Position numbers and translations under genes: made by a program
Assembly (NCBI GenBank): GCA_963514005.1
Contig: OY740810.1
Span: 12,834,001 to 12,898,000, forward strand
Origin: Raja brachyura
Taxonomy: Eukaryota
Length of the DNA: 64,000 bases
Direction of reading: 5' to 3'
In this document: in pieces, positions 49,270-64,000 of the stretch
How positions within the stretch are numbered: position 1 is the first letter of the stretch
Layout: every line of letters starts with the position of its first letter
Notes under the pieces: generated by a model
The model's input: only the letters and a program-made list of their open reading frames with translations
What the model was told of the DNA's origin: nothing
Database searches by the model: none

Positions 49270-49522
49270 GATTGAATTGAGTGAAAGATAAAGCAGAGAA
49301 AGACCCTTCAACCCACCGAATCCACACTGACTATTGATCACCTATTTGCACTATTCCCACTTTCTCATCCACTCCCTACACACTAAGGACAATTTACAGA
49401 GGTCAAATCCACATGGCCATAGGGAGAATGTGCAAACTCCACACAGACAGCACCCAAGTCAGGATTGACCCAGGGTCTATGGTTCTGGGTGAGGGCAGAA
49501 CTACCAGCTGGTGCCACTGTGC
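49270..49522 (-). mobile_element. HE1/V-SINE-like copy with an internal deletion
   Basis: Head and tail motifs present; V-domain partly missing. Confidence 0.7.
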
Positions 49523-50418
49523 TACTATTAAAAAAAACGATTATGTGGAGCTAGAATGAGAGTTCCCCTGCTTCTAATGCGAGTGTTAACAACTGCAGTG
49601 AGCTGTTGCATTAGTTCTCCTCTTCCTGCACTTATCGATAACACCAACACTCACCTCACCACAAAAGTCTAAACAGTCACTGAAAGCACCTGTCGCAACT
49701 TATAGAAACCCAGGCTGGCAAGTTTTTGACTTCATGACTGTATAATCAAAAACGTGGATTTCAAGTTTAATTTGAGAACTTCAAAGTAATAGATCTACCT
49801 CATGGGACAATTGATAGATAAACAACTGAACAAAAATACTAATAATGTACTGCATTGCTAACTTAAAATGGAAGTGCGACATTAATTTTGACTCACACAT
49901 TGTTTTCTGCCTGCTATGTTAAATGGAACGTGCAATATGGATAAATAATTCTTGCCACTGACGTTTTTTGTTATAAAATACTTCCAGTTGCCATTTTCCG
50001 CTTATTGACAAAGAAGATTTTTAATGGCTCTTTTCATTAATGATAGTCGTAAAGATTAGCTGAGGGGTGAGTAATATTAGCCTTTTGCACTGCCACCAAA
50101 ATGTTGCAATTCAGTGAATAGGTGGAAAGTTTAGATGCAAAGTACAAGCTGGACAACTTGCTCAGTACTTGAGAATTCTGTGTCTGTTTAGTGATTGCAG
50201 TGGTTAATTCTGTAATTAAGAGAAAATTGCACCAATAGAAGCCTAATGTGCAAATGAGCATCCCATTTTGTAGGCCAAACTCAAGCTCAAATACTAATTT
50301 AGTCTTTGCAATTATGCTTTTCTTTATTACAGCCTTCACCTTATTATGAATCAATTAAAACATTAGGTGGCTTCAAATTTGAGTACGTTCAACAAGGATT
50401 TCCATATTATTGTATTAA

Positions 50419-50999
50419 AGGCAGTTCTGCTATAATTCAATCATTATGGTCTGAAGAAATTTGTGTTATAGAAAGTCGCATTATAAAAACTATTGCGAAG
50501 TGGGGAGAGAGGGGTTAGGGGATACAGCGTTTCAGACTCCAATAACAAAGATTATTTCGAAGGATTTTCAAAAATAAAGATCTTTGCAATAGCAATAAGT
50601 TTATTTTTAATTATTGCCTACTAAAAGTACTAAAGGGTGGATATTACATCATTTAATAGAGTTCATTGCACGATTGACAACGGTCGTAATTGGTCGACAA
50701 TTTAAATGACCAAATTTATAGTTTGTGATACTATAAGTATCAACTGTGTTCTTAAGAGACAATTGTATCTGATTATTATGACAACACTATCAGAAACTGT
50801 GTTTTCACACATACTATTATTTTCACAAGGCAGCTTTTTTTCCACTTGCCAAATTCAAAGTAATTTTGAAATGGTTCTCTCATTCCCAACTGAAATTGTG
50901 TTACATCCTATTCGGCTTGGCAATCCAAATACTGTTCCCTAATTCATCAGTCTTTATATTCAATTTGCGCTATGGAAATGCATTATAGCAGAACAACCT
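50419..50999. mobile_element. Old MITE-like TIR element; partial related copy near 26960-27300
   Basis: TIR AGGCAGTTCTGCTATAAT / ATTATAGCAGAACAACCT (16/18). Collinear similarity with the second copy (GTGTTATAGAAA, GGGGTTAG, GTTTCAGACT, TACTAAAGG, TTTAATAGAG). Confidence 0.6.
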
Positions 51000-51073
51000 A
51001 ACATCTAAGCAGGCCTTTAATTCAAACTTATATTTACGACTTCATTTCCACAGGCTTCAATGAGAAGACATTA

Positions 51074-51250
<177 letters not shown>

Positions 51251-51654
51251 TCACAAAAATACTATAACAAATTATTCTGAACTGAATATGAATTCTATTT
51301 AATTCCTCTATGGCATTCGTCACAATAAAACAATTAAATAATTAGAATCACAACTATTACAAATGTTTGCCACACCAGCACTGTGGCATTGGCATGTTTA
51401 CAGTTTCCTTAAATGTGTCACACCCGAGTCTATTAGGAATAGCTGAACATTAATCATTATCTTCTGCATCAAAATGTACCATTTTCTTTTAGAAGCATTT
51501 CAACATATATCATTTATTATGTCTCAGAATTTTAAATATAGATTTATCAGTTTCAACGCATAATTAAACTATGCATATTCGTTACATATTGTAGCTTTAG
51601 AGTAAAAAAAATCACAAATCATCCAATTTGCCTAACGGCATTCACTGACAATTG

Positions 51655-51932
51655 ATGGATTGAATTGAAGCATTCAGTGTGGAAACAGCCCAACAAGTTC
51701 ACCCTGGTCATCGAACACTAGTTATCACATTTTCTCATGCACTCCTGACAATTTAAGCTCAATTGTCAGACGCTAATTATCCTACCAACCCACATGTCTT
51801 TGGGATGTGGGACGAAACCAAGCGCCCGGTAGAACCGCACACAGTCATCAAGAGCATGCATAGACCACACAGACAGCATTCAAAGTCAGGATTGAACCCT
51901 GGTCTTCTGGTGCTATGAGGCAGCAGCTCTAC
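51655..51932 (-). mobile_element. HE1/V-SINE-like copy; further decayed copies near 30436-30550, 41170-41420 and 62436-62710
   Basis: V-domain and head motifs. Confidence 0.7.
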
Positions 51933-52784
51933 AAGCTTTGTAACAAGATAACATAATTTATCTTACCTGGCGTCAAATATTTCAAATTGAAACCCTGATT
52001 TAACTAATTTCTGATCAAACATGTTTAAACAGGCAATAATCAATTAGCCCATGAAAGCACATTTACACAAGTAAAAATAATGTACTGAGAAAAAAACAAA
52101 CTACACACCTCCCAAGTACATGAATATGCATAGTTTAATTGTTTTGTAATTGATAAATCTATACTTAAAATTCTGAGACACAATAAATGATATATGTTGA
52201 AACGCTTCTAAATACTCCAGCAAAGCTCAATAGCCAATAATGGGATAACATCTCATGTTAATTACATGGATTCAAAATAATTTACATTGACGAACCCATT
52301 GAGGAAGCTATATTTAATGACAAGCTTTCTAAATTGTTTAGCTTTGTGTAAGAGATTGGTGCCAAGGTACTATAAGACTTGACACATTTCACATAATCAG
52401 TAAGAGTGCTGCATTCATCTACATGACAAACATGTTCTTCTATTACAACTTACTTCAGCTACCATAAATGCCTATATATTCATTTTGTCATCCTCAGTAC
52501 AAATGAGCGCTAAAATATTCATGCGGCAAAACTAAAGTATTATTAAAGGCAGCTCTACCATTTTTAGCCAGCACAACTAGCAATGCAGAAAGATTCCGAT
52601 CCATGGAAGAATCAAAATTACATCAGTAAAAGGACAGGGCATATTGACTGTCTTAAGTAGCAACAACAATGGATTCTTTTTTTTACATGAAATTATGTAT
52701 ATATTCTCCCAAAGCTTTTTCTGCATATTTTGCAAATGTATTAATTAAGGCTTTATATTTTTCACAATTGTAGCTCAAATTTCA

Positions 52785-53126
<342 letters not shown>

Positions 53127-54988
53127 CTAGCTGAGACGCCAAAAACTGCAAATGTTGAAAATCTGAAAGAAAGATGGAAAGTGTTGGAAAAAGAGATGCT
53201 GGTTTGCAGAAAAACACTCAGCAGGTTAGTCATCTGTGGAGGAGATGGTAAAATTGCCTAACATCACCTATCCATGTCATCCAGATATGCAGCCTGACCC
53301 ACTGAGTCACTCCAGCACTGTGCTGGAAATAATCAGGTGGTCAAGCAGTACTACAAAGAGAGAAATCAAGCTTTCAGGTCAATGACACTTCAGCACAATT
53401 GGAATATAGAGGAAATAAGCATTTGTGGGGACATTGTGCATATGAAGCACCAATTCATATCCATTTCTTTAAATCTAGTGTATCACATTTGGCATTCAGA
53501 ATGTTGTTTACCGAATGTAAATCAGGTGACTACAAGAGTTACTATCACAAGGTGCCTCATCTTCCTTATCAGGAGTTACTGCCTCATCTTTTATCTCGTT
53601 GCAGCCTTTGGACCTAATATTGAAGTTGACAATCTTTGCCATATAACCTTTCCTATTTGGGTGAGATATGCCTGATTCTGATATCTACCTCAGTTTTTCT
53701 CCACATAGATGCTACTTGAACTGCAAGTATTCCTAACATTCTCATTTGTTTCAGATTTCGATCAACTGCCATGCTCTGCATTTCTTGGTTATAGTGTGTT
53801 CATTTGGTTATTTTCCCCTCTATGTACCCAGTCATCTAATAACCAGACAGCACCAAAAATATTGTCACCTGCATCCAGACCCGATTCCCACTCTATGTAC
53901 TACCAAAGATATTTCTTTAAGTTCTCTATACTGGTTCTCCTCTCTGTGCAACATAAAATATACCTGAATTTTCGTATTTTCAGTTCTGAAGAAGCGTATT
54001 GACTGAAATTTTAATGCTCTTTTACCCCTCCAGAGATTTTGTTTTACCCAACTTTCTGCATAGTTATACCATTGCTTTAATTTTAAATAAATGACCTACA
54101 TAATAGTCCTAACAGGTCCCACTTATTAAAAATGTTTTAAAATAATATCATTGGTGTCTGCGACAGATGGTTCCACATGTGGCCTCCTTGCTTTTGGTTG
54201 GAGTACAGTGATAACTACGCATTCAAATCTGTTGCACCGGGCGGGAGAAAGAAAAAGTTCAACTATATTCCACGGTTCGCCCAAACTTTTCCCATCCATT
54301 GTCCCTGATTTATCTCCACTCTACTGATACCCACTATCACAATAACAATGATGGCTAATTCGGCAAGAAACCCGAGAGTAGCTTGCGCACAATTCTCCAA
54401 GTACCTCCTTCAAAACAATTGTGCAGTAGAGCTTAGATGCCAGGGAATGTTAAAATTAAAATATAACCTTAATTGAGAGATGGCAACCAATGCCAAGTAG
54501 TTGAATGTTCAATTACTACGATATGAAACCAAGGTCTTATTTAAAGCACATACATTGGCTGTATCATTTCCATTATTTCAAAAATTCACATGACAAAGAA
54601 TAAACATCCCCATAGCGCCATTCTATAGAAAATGACAGTCACATCCTTGCCAGCCAATTAATTTATTGTTTGTGATTTTAAGTGATGTTGCAGGTTACTG
54701 TCCTTTTACTGGAGAACTTAGTCTGAAGAAGAGTCCAGACCTGAAACCTCACTTATCCATGCTCTCCAGAGATCTGCCTGACCTGCTGAATTACTCCAGC
54801 ACTTTGTCTTTTTTTAAAATATAGAATGCAATATTTATGACACTACTGGCCAGAAGTACCAGTTTAAAATAAATGCTGCTCTTCCTTATATTAACAAAAA
54901 TAATAAAATAATATTTGTGAAAACGCTAACGTATTTTACAATACTTACGGTATTCTACAATTCATATTAAAACAGCTGCATGAACTTA

Positions 54989-55153
<165 letters not shown>

Positions 55154-57051
55154 CTAATACATAAGTACACAAAATCAGAACATTTTAGCAAAGAGTCACA
55201 ATCAAAATGCAAACATTTTACTGTAATTAATGCAATGACTATTATTGGATCTTGGTAATATATTGTACGTGCATAATTTAAATAGCTACCAAATGTCTGT
55301 AAGGCAGGTCAAAGTATTTGAGGAAGAGCATGAGAAAACAGGCTTTTTTGTTCCTACCAGCCTGTGAAACACTCCACAGAATATAAAATGGAATACAAAG
55401 GCAGTTTGATGATAGGTTACAACCGTAAATTGCTAACTCTGTTTTCATCTACATGAAAGCTAACTGGCCAGAGAAGAATCTTCACCATTTTCTATCGTTA
55501 CGCAAGTCGAAGATAATATTCACCAATGACATTTTTAACACTGTCATTAATTGGCTGTGATATTGCTTGTACTCATAGAGAGTCACAGTCATATAGCATG
55601 GAAACGGGCTCTTCAGCCCAACTATTCCACGCTGACCAAATTGCCCCATCTAAACAACTTCCATCTGCTTGCGCTTGGTCCATATCCCTCTTATATCCAT
55701 CTGCTCTTTGTTAATTCAAAAATGAAATGCACTTAAAAAAAAACACAATTTTGTTGCTAAAGAAAATGGAGGTTAAACTTTTCCAAGAAAAGCCAAGTTT
55801 CAACAGCATTAAAGTTAGAATGGCCTAGAGCATTACTGTCAGCCAAAAACAATTACTGTACTGAATAATGTCAACAAATAGAGAACAATCCAAGCAATAC
55901 ATACCACCATATCTATTTATTACATTATAGTTTATGAATCCTTCCTCAAATACCAGAACTCTTCCAAGTAACTACTTGGAATTTATGGTCATTCACTGTA
56001 ATGTAACCATTTTAACTTTACCTGGATACAGCGAATTGTAATTAAAAATAAACATGTAATACAATTACAATTATATAAACAAACATTTCAATATCATGCC
56101 TGTTTAAAAAAAATAGATATGCGTAATTATTCCCTTTCATCAAAGTATGTTCAAGGTTGCTGATAATGCGAGTTTCAAATGAATCAATCCACATTACCTT
56201 TGGAATTTAATAAAAACCTTGTATGCAAGAAATGAGACTTGCAGAAAATATGCCATCTTAAACAATGCTATATATCCAGAATATTACACACACAGACACA
56301 GGTAGAAACACTAAAACACAAGGCATTAATCCTGGATTTTTGTTTCCGTGTGCCATTGACAGATACTTTCAAAGCAGGTGGAATGTGGAGATGTAGGTGA
56401 CTGTCGAGGTGGTTAAGATGGAGGTTAATTGGCAAAAAATATAAAACTGGAAAATATAATTTGTATGGAACCCATTATTTCCTGGTTTCAAAGGAGGTGA
56501 CCAATTTTCCTCCAATTTAAATATTGGTAATATTAAACATTATAATTATATAAATATATTATAATTATATGAACATTATACATATATAAACATTACAATA
56601 GTAAATATTAACAATATTAAATATTAAATAAAGCCATCCAATCAGAAACCCAGGATCATCAGTTAACCTTACATGATCACCAGCTTCTCCCAAGCCATCA
56701 GTGGACCAAACCTTTCTCCTCACCAACCACTGGATTCCCACATCTAACATTTGCTCACCCACTACTTCAAATGGGACTGCCCAACATTTGCAGCGTCAAC
56801 AACACACCCTTCCTCATTATATCTCGAATACAACCCTATGTCTCAATGATCAGTCCCACTCCTACTTACTTGCTCTACTCGTCATCAGCCTCAGGAAACA
56901 CGTCCCATTCATTTAGACTTCCCGTGCAGATTGAATCCATCTGCAAAGCCCTTCCCTCCCAAAGGCCCCTTACGCTTAACTATGGTTGGAATTGTAAGAA
57001 ACCATTCAACCAAGCTGGATGATCACAGCAGCCCACACACAGTTCATGTCA

Positions 57052-57246
<195 letters not shown>

Positions 57247-60200
57247 TTATTATCAGAGAAAAGGTAGTTAAACATTGCATTTACATGGTCTTCAGGCATT
57301 TATTTGAAAAAAAACACTAAATAATATTTTTTATCTCTCAACTAGACTATGAATTTATAATTTCACACTGAAAATTATTGGAATAATATTGGGAAATTCA
57401 TCCATTTTCAATACTTTCATATTTTTCTGGAGAACTGTTTTTAGTCTTTTATTATGCTAATATGTTGGTACATTTTTTTGTTTTACATGTGCATCCTTGA
57501 AATAAAGACACATAAGAGAAATCGAACAAATTTAAATAATGGAAAAATATCATTGTAAACTTATAGCAAGGTCCAGATGCATGACGATTCATGGTCAAAG
57601 ACAATGCGATCCTTGCCCTTCTCCAAGCTTGTAGATGTGGCTGCTGTACATAGAAACTTCAGTAAGGATGCCATTATTGAAGCACAATCATCTTGTCCAT
57701 TGCTTCTTGCTGACGTTGAAGCACTTCCTGGTCACATATGGCTCCCGCTGACTGTCAACTCTACCACTCAATCCCACCCCTCAACCCCATTTCCCATCTT
57801 GCAGCTTGTTCGACTTGCCCAAACCCTGCTCATTCTTCCATTTTTACTCTTTCTTATGCATCATTGTATTCCCACCATTGGTTGCAAACTATTTTTATAG
57901 TTGAATTGACATCGGAAATCTTTCAAAACCTGTTATATCCTGACTTCTTTACCTTGAAACAACCATAGCAAACACCTAAGGCATGTAGAACTGTAGCAGC
58001 TATCAGCCAACCAGCCTATAATTAGTATGATCCATTTAGATAGTGTTACTGCACACAAGTTCAGCAATGCAAGATTGAAAGGGTGCTTGCTGGAGGTGTT
58101 AGCTACAAAATGGCATTGCTAGCATTACATCAATGTATATATTATTCAATGGGCAGGGAAAATATGGTCCCCTTCAGTTTAAAAGATGTCTAACATTTTG
58201 ATCTTTAGTAAAATTACGTGGAAAATAACATAATAGATTGAATTTAATATTCCCTATGATACAGACAGATATCATCATTAACATTGCTCTTGGATAACTT
58301 CAGGAAGATGTTTATCGTGACAATTTAGTACTCAGATATCGTCTAGTTCATTACCAATTTCTAGTGTTTACATTTTCCTTTAGCTGTAGAAAGAAAAGCC
58401 CTATCCATTTCAAGTGCTAATTATTGACTTTCTGATACAATTCAAAGCTGCAAAACTGATTCTAAGATTTAGTGCACTGAATTATGGAAAGCGACGGATT
58501 TAATTATTTCCACATGAAACCCTGAGTGGACAGGTAATCTGGGTTTACATAAAATTCTAGAAATGTAGATAAAAGTTAATGTCAAGGTAAATAATATCAA
58601 ATTAACAAATGTATCAAGTGCATTTGTGTACTGTATTTGCTGAAACATAAATGATTGTTTACAGTTGTTATTCCTTCTACTGGTAGATATTTTAAACCTT
58701 TTACTTCAGGAACCTCCCAAACATTTCTATCATGGATCAACAAAAGCTATACAATATCAAGTACAATGCTATCAGATACTTATTTCCACAATGGCTCAAC
58801 TATGCTCAATTAGCATACTGGTACTTCTGTTTAAATATTAAACAAAAAATGATTTTAGGACACAGTATGAGCTGTGAAAGACAGTAGGCAAAATGCACTT
58901 AAGCAATGAAAGAGTAAGTAATTAATGGAGCCATAATTATGCGCTAAATGTTTAAAAAAGTAAACAGCAGCTCCATTTAAGCATGAACACTGAGCAACAC
59001 CACACCTAATTAAAGATCATATTTGCTGATAATAACATATTGACTATTTTGGTATTCATTAAATGTTATTTAAAAGCATCTGTTTGAACAGTTACAAAAG
59101 GGAGGCAACCTTAATTATTTGGTTGGCTACCTTCCTAATATGCCATTGTATCATATTTTCCAAGTGTGTGGTATGCAGATGCCAAAAAAGAATAAGTTAC
59201 CCCAGATTCATAACAAAACTTGTAACTAGACTCTAAAACTGATTTATAACATCAGAAAAATGTGATTAAATGTCATAAAATCAGCCACAGAATTTAAAAG
59301 AAAAAAATGTCAGAACCTCTTTCTATTAAGGGTCCGCTAGATAATTTGATATCAGATTTTTCGTGCTGTACAATTTCCCATCAATTCAGCAAATCACATA
59401 CCAAATTTGGTTTAATAACATGGTAATCTTTTGCAACACAGTACAACTGTGTGGTAGAAAATATTGTTAATACTGAGGAGTGAAAAAAAATTTGATTCAC
59501 CAAACATGACTAATGCTATCAACATAATCAATTAATGGAATCATTAACAAAATATACAACATGAGATGGTAATTTGACCCACCGTGTCTGTGCAAATTTG
59601 GAAATAAAACTATATGACCTAATTCCATCTTTCAGCCTTGGCCCCATATCCCTAGAGATCATGTCTCTTTAATAATACATGCAGGTACTTTTCAAATGTA
59701 ATGAGAATTTCTGTACCTATCACCTTTTCAGTATGCAAGTTCCAAATCCTTACCATCGCTTAAGTGAAAAAAAAGCTGTTCCCCTCAAATCAGTCTTCCA
59801 TGTCCCCTAGTTTTTGATCCATCTTCCTATTAGTCTACCAGAGTCGTTCAATGTCATACACCTTAACTATCTCACGAGGATATTAAGTAATGGTACAATA
59901 AAATATAATAATGGAAAATCAATGTAATAAAAATATAATGAGCAAAAAAACAAATTAGCTCCTAATTGTTATTCCCTAACAATTTAACATATATAAATAA
60001 AATGCACTACACAGTAGTGCCAGTTTCACCATAAGATTGTGAAGCAACTAATCAGTATCTAAAATCTATTTAAGGCACTTCATTTTCCGTATGCCCAATA
60101 TGATTACAGAGGCTATTTTACAAGCTATCAATGCCAACCAAACATTCGCAAAAACAACCCAGTGCCTATGCCATCAACCAGTATGACATAACATGGTTAT

Positions 60201-63137
60201 AAAACACACTGGATTTTTTGACCAGTTATGGCAACAATTCTTTGGTAACGGCATAAAGCTTATCACTCTGCTCACAGCATTGACAATACATTTCAGTCTT
60301 CACTGAACCTTCTATAGCTTCCATCCTAGAAATCCTTGCACTCCAGAGGTCGATCCAATGTTTGGCCTTCTTAATTTTTATTCTTCTGCTTAAATGCTGC
60401 AAGGCTCACCTCGGGGTCCATGGTTTTCTGCTTCCAATGGCCAGGTAAGGGAAAAGTGACCCCTTTTACACCTACTGTCCAGAGGGCTTTAATTTTGTTC
60501 AAATTCCCAGATCTGTACAACTATTCCACAACCCCCTTCTGCATTGGGAAATGTCTGTTGCTATTCAGTGCTTTCCTCAAGCAAACTATTGTGAATCAAA
60601 AACTCTCAATTGGAGAAATTCAACGATACTCCTACGCAGCACAATGCGTGAATAGACAAATATGCTACCTACAAAAACTAACCCCGTGACCTAAAAGCGC
60701 TGACTTTATTAGTTTGATTATTTAATATAACTTGCATTTTATTTATAGTTACCTCTCTGCTCTTATTATTTTTCTGTTTTTCAAGGATATAGATTATATT
60801 TTTCATAAGAGATTTATTAACACAGATGCTTTTGTTCATAACTAAAAAGATAAATAAAATTATTACAATTCTATGTCAATAAAACTTAAGATATTTTTGA
60901 TGATTTTTATGTTAGCCAGAAGCTGTTGAATGTTTAGGAAATACAGACAAGCATATGATCTTTAATTTCTCTAAGCTTCTACGCTACAGACACACTGTTT
61001 AAAATAATAAAAACCTGTATGGTAATGTATCTCAGGTCTTGTAGCATTTTCTTTTGACTGCCTTCACACCAACATTCAGACTCTTAAAAACAGTAACTGA
61101 AAAAGGAAATGAAAACAAAAAGAAAGATTCAACAAACTTTTTCAACTGCTCAACTCTGAAATGTGTAAGATGCATTGTGCACAATTGGTTTTGTTTTTTT
61201 TTTAATTGGTTTCTATGGAGAATTTCCTTACAATTTTTACACTTTCATCTGAGATGTTCCCCATTCTTAGCCATCTCAACTTTTGTTCTAATCCACTGGA
61301 AGGAGCAGATATTTAGTTTTCACTGGTCACCATCACATTCCTTGGTATGGGGGTAATAATATGCAATTATCATGATCGGATTTATTGGGGTAAAACTAAA
61401 CTTAAGTGACAATAATTTTCTGGGATGTTCCGGAGTACACTTTTCATACAATTAGTTTTAATCTAATAAATAATAATGATGTGATTAATCAAATTCTATG
61501 AAATCAAGTGGGACCATCAGCAAATTATAGTGCAGGAGAACAATTAAGAAACATCAGCATAAAATAATTAAGTTCAAGATAAAAAAATATTAAGAAGTAA
61601 TCAATGATAAATATATCCTAGTTGGAAAAATAAAATATTTCAACAAGATTAAAAAAGGGAGAAAATCCAAATGTATTGGGAAGTATACAGAAGACAGTGG
61701 AAAATCAGGAGACACAACTGAATTTATTCATAAGAGAGAGAGGGATGCAGCAAAATTGTTCAAATTACTAAAACATTCATGATAGAGAAGTGATGGAATT
61801 TTAACAAGATTGTGTGGGTGTGTCTGTTCGTAGGATTAAACTAAAAAATATAAAAAGTTAGTCATTAAGATCTGTTGCACAATCTTAATCAAAACCCACC
61901 CGGAGAACATCTTTGAGCATTGCACCCGAGCTCATAGGCTCACAGAAGATAGACTGGTATTTTTCATCTCCTTGGCAGATTATTGGCCTGACCCTGGTCT
62001 CCTTTCCTCCTTGGTTAATCTGTTAGAAGCAATCCCTCTTTAGTTACTATCCCTAACCCAATCCCACACCCATGCCTAGATCCTGCCTCCAATCTCAAAT
62101 GCAGCACAGGGGCTGATCCAGCCTATGGTTACTGGCCACTCTGCACCTCTGAACCCAACTTCACTCCTGACAGCATATTAAAACTTTTACAGGTTTCTGA
62201 AGTCTTGCAACAAATGCTTGTAACAGTGGACACGGGGGTCTACTGGCAGTTGAGATTCAATTACAATGCCCAATTGGATACACTAATATATCTAGACCAC
62301 AAGGTGCTCAAAGTTCAAATGGCAGGTTCACAATTTCACTTCATATTAGCTTGAAAAATGTTGCAACTTACACATTTCTGAGAATGATTACTGCAGCAAT
62401 AAATTAAAATAAAGCCTAAAGCAGTTCCGCAGCATAATGGCACTGTTGATTGACCTCCTCTGTCACAGCTCAATTTTGACCTTAAATGTTATATGGAGTT
62501 CTTACTCTGACCACATGGGTCTCTCCCGGGGGCTTCAGATGTGCTGGTTAAAAGGTTAATTGGCCACTGTAAATTGTCCTGCGTTTGCAGATGAGCAGCA
62601 GAATCTGGAGAGAGTTGAGTGGGAATGTGAGGGGAATAAAATGGAATTAGCATAAATGGGCCTGTGATATTCAGTACAGGCAGGCCAAAGACCCTGTTTT
62701 CTTGCTGTTTCATTGATGTGTGTTTAAATATAAATATGTAGTGGGTACGCAGATAGCAGCAGAGGAGGCTATATTCTTACTGATGATAGATGTTGGATGG
62801 ATATTTAGTGATATGAGAGCAGGGATGGTAAGAGAGGAATAACAGATAGCATTTTCTAAACTACAGGAAAAGCTCAATTAACTGTGGCTGTCTTTTCTGG
62901 TTATGCAAATATTTGTCATTTATTACCCTGTGTATTTCTGCTTACATTCACAAAAAAGACATAGGATACATTTAAAATATAATCTCAAAGCTGTGAAAAC
63001 AAGTTCTAAATACAGCTGGGTACAAGTTATTTTTGAGAATGTTAGATGATGTCATTGCTATAAGATATTCAGAAATGTGGATAGAAGTATTGGAGATGTG
63101 ACTGCTTTGTCCTTATTGTAGCATTACTAAACGTCTA

Positions 63138-63371
<234 letters not shown>

Positions 63372-64000
63372 TTATTTTTGGAATCAATATAGTTCTGTTT
63401 CATTTTTAACCTTTGCTAACTGATGGAACCATATTTTAATGTACTCATAATTGAAGAAAAGGTACACACTTTCTGCTCTGTTCTCTGGGGGATGAAGCAA
63501 TTTAGATGCACACACCACTTTTTAGATTTTTGTTTTCGTTTCACAGGCAATGAACTAGTTCTGAAGCAGTATTACTCCTTCAATGTTGCAAAATAGGCAT
63601 TGTGTTCCACCAAACAATCCCACAATGGTTAACATATCAGGAAGACAAGGTTTATAGCCACAGAGTGATACAGCATGGGTGACCTGATGAAACAAAAAGT
63701 AGCATTATATGCATGCTATGGAAATACCAAAGGATGAATTTAGAAAGGAGAAATTGGGTAGATGATGTGGTCAAACGCTTTAAATACTGACAAATACTTT
63801 GGTCTGGGATGCACAAAAGGTTTTGAAAAGAGGACTGGGGATTTGTTCTGCAAATCGATACGAATGACTCATCGAACATTTTTGCCTTTTCCTGAAAATT
63901 TCTACATTCTGTTATAAGTGCTTGGGGATAAATGCTTAGATCAACTACAACAAATTTGAAAGTAAAATGTACAGTATGTATGAAATTCAGAATTACTTAC

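Overview
Vertebrate genomic DNA. The repeat content (HE1/V-SINE-like, CR1, Penelope-derived) points to a cartilaginous fish, probably a skate or ray; this is inference. The whole window lies inside one minus-strand gene, unc13a (Munc13-1). I traced 22 GT-AG exons with consistent phases, from the C2B domain through the MUN domain to the start of C2C. Both ends of the gene lie outside the window. Three exons look like cassettes: a 6-nt microexon (MI), a 30-nt exon (GRVKLVCHSD) and a 57-nt exon (VHGGKG...). The main passenger is a full-length, apparently young DIRS1-type tyrosine-recombinase retrotransposon (14586-19863, + strand) with short ITRs, an internal complementary region (ICR) matching both termini exactly, gag, an intact RT-RNaseH-methyltransferase ORF, and a YR ORF broken by one extra T. 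Its sequence suggests a splicing-based expression scheme (the pol ATG spliced in frame onto YR) and an alternative hairpin that sequesters the ICR. Other passengers are a decayed Tc1 nested in a CR1 tail, a fossil Harbinger transposase, an ISL2EU-like TIR element, Penelope remnants with minimal hammerhead-like motifs, many SINE/LINE fragments and a 161-N gap. All calls were made by eye; family names and comparisons to mammalian sequences come from recall, not searches.
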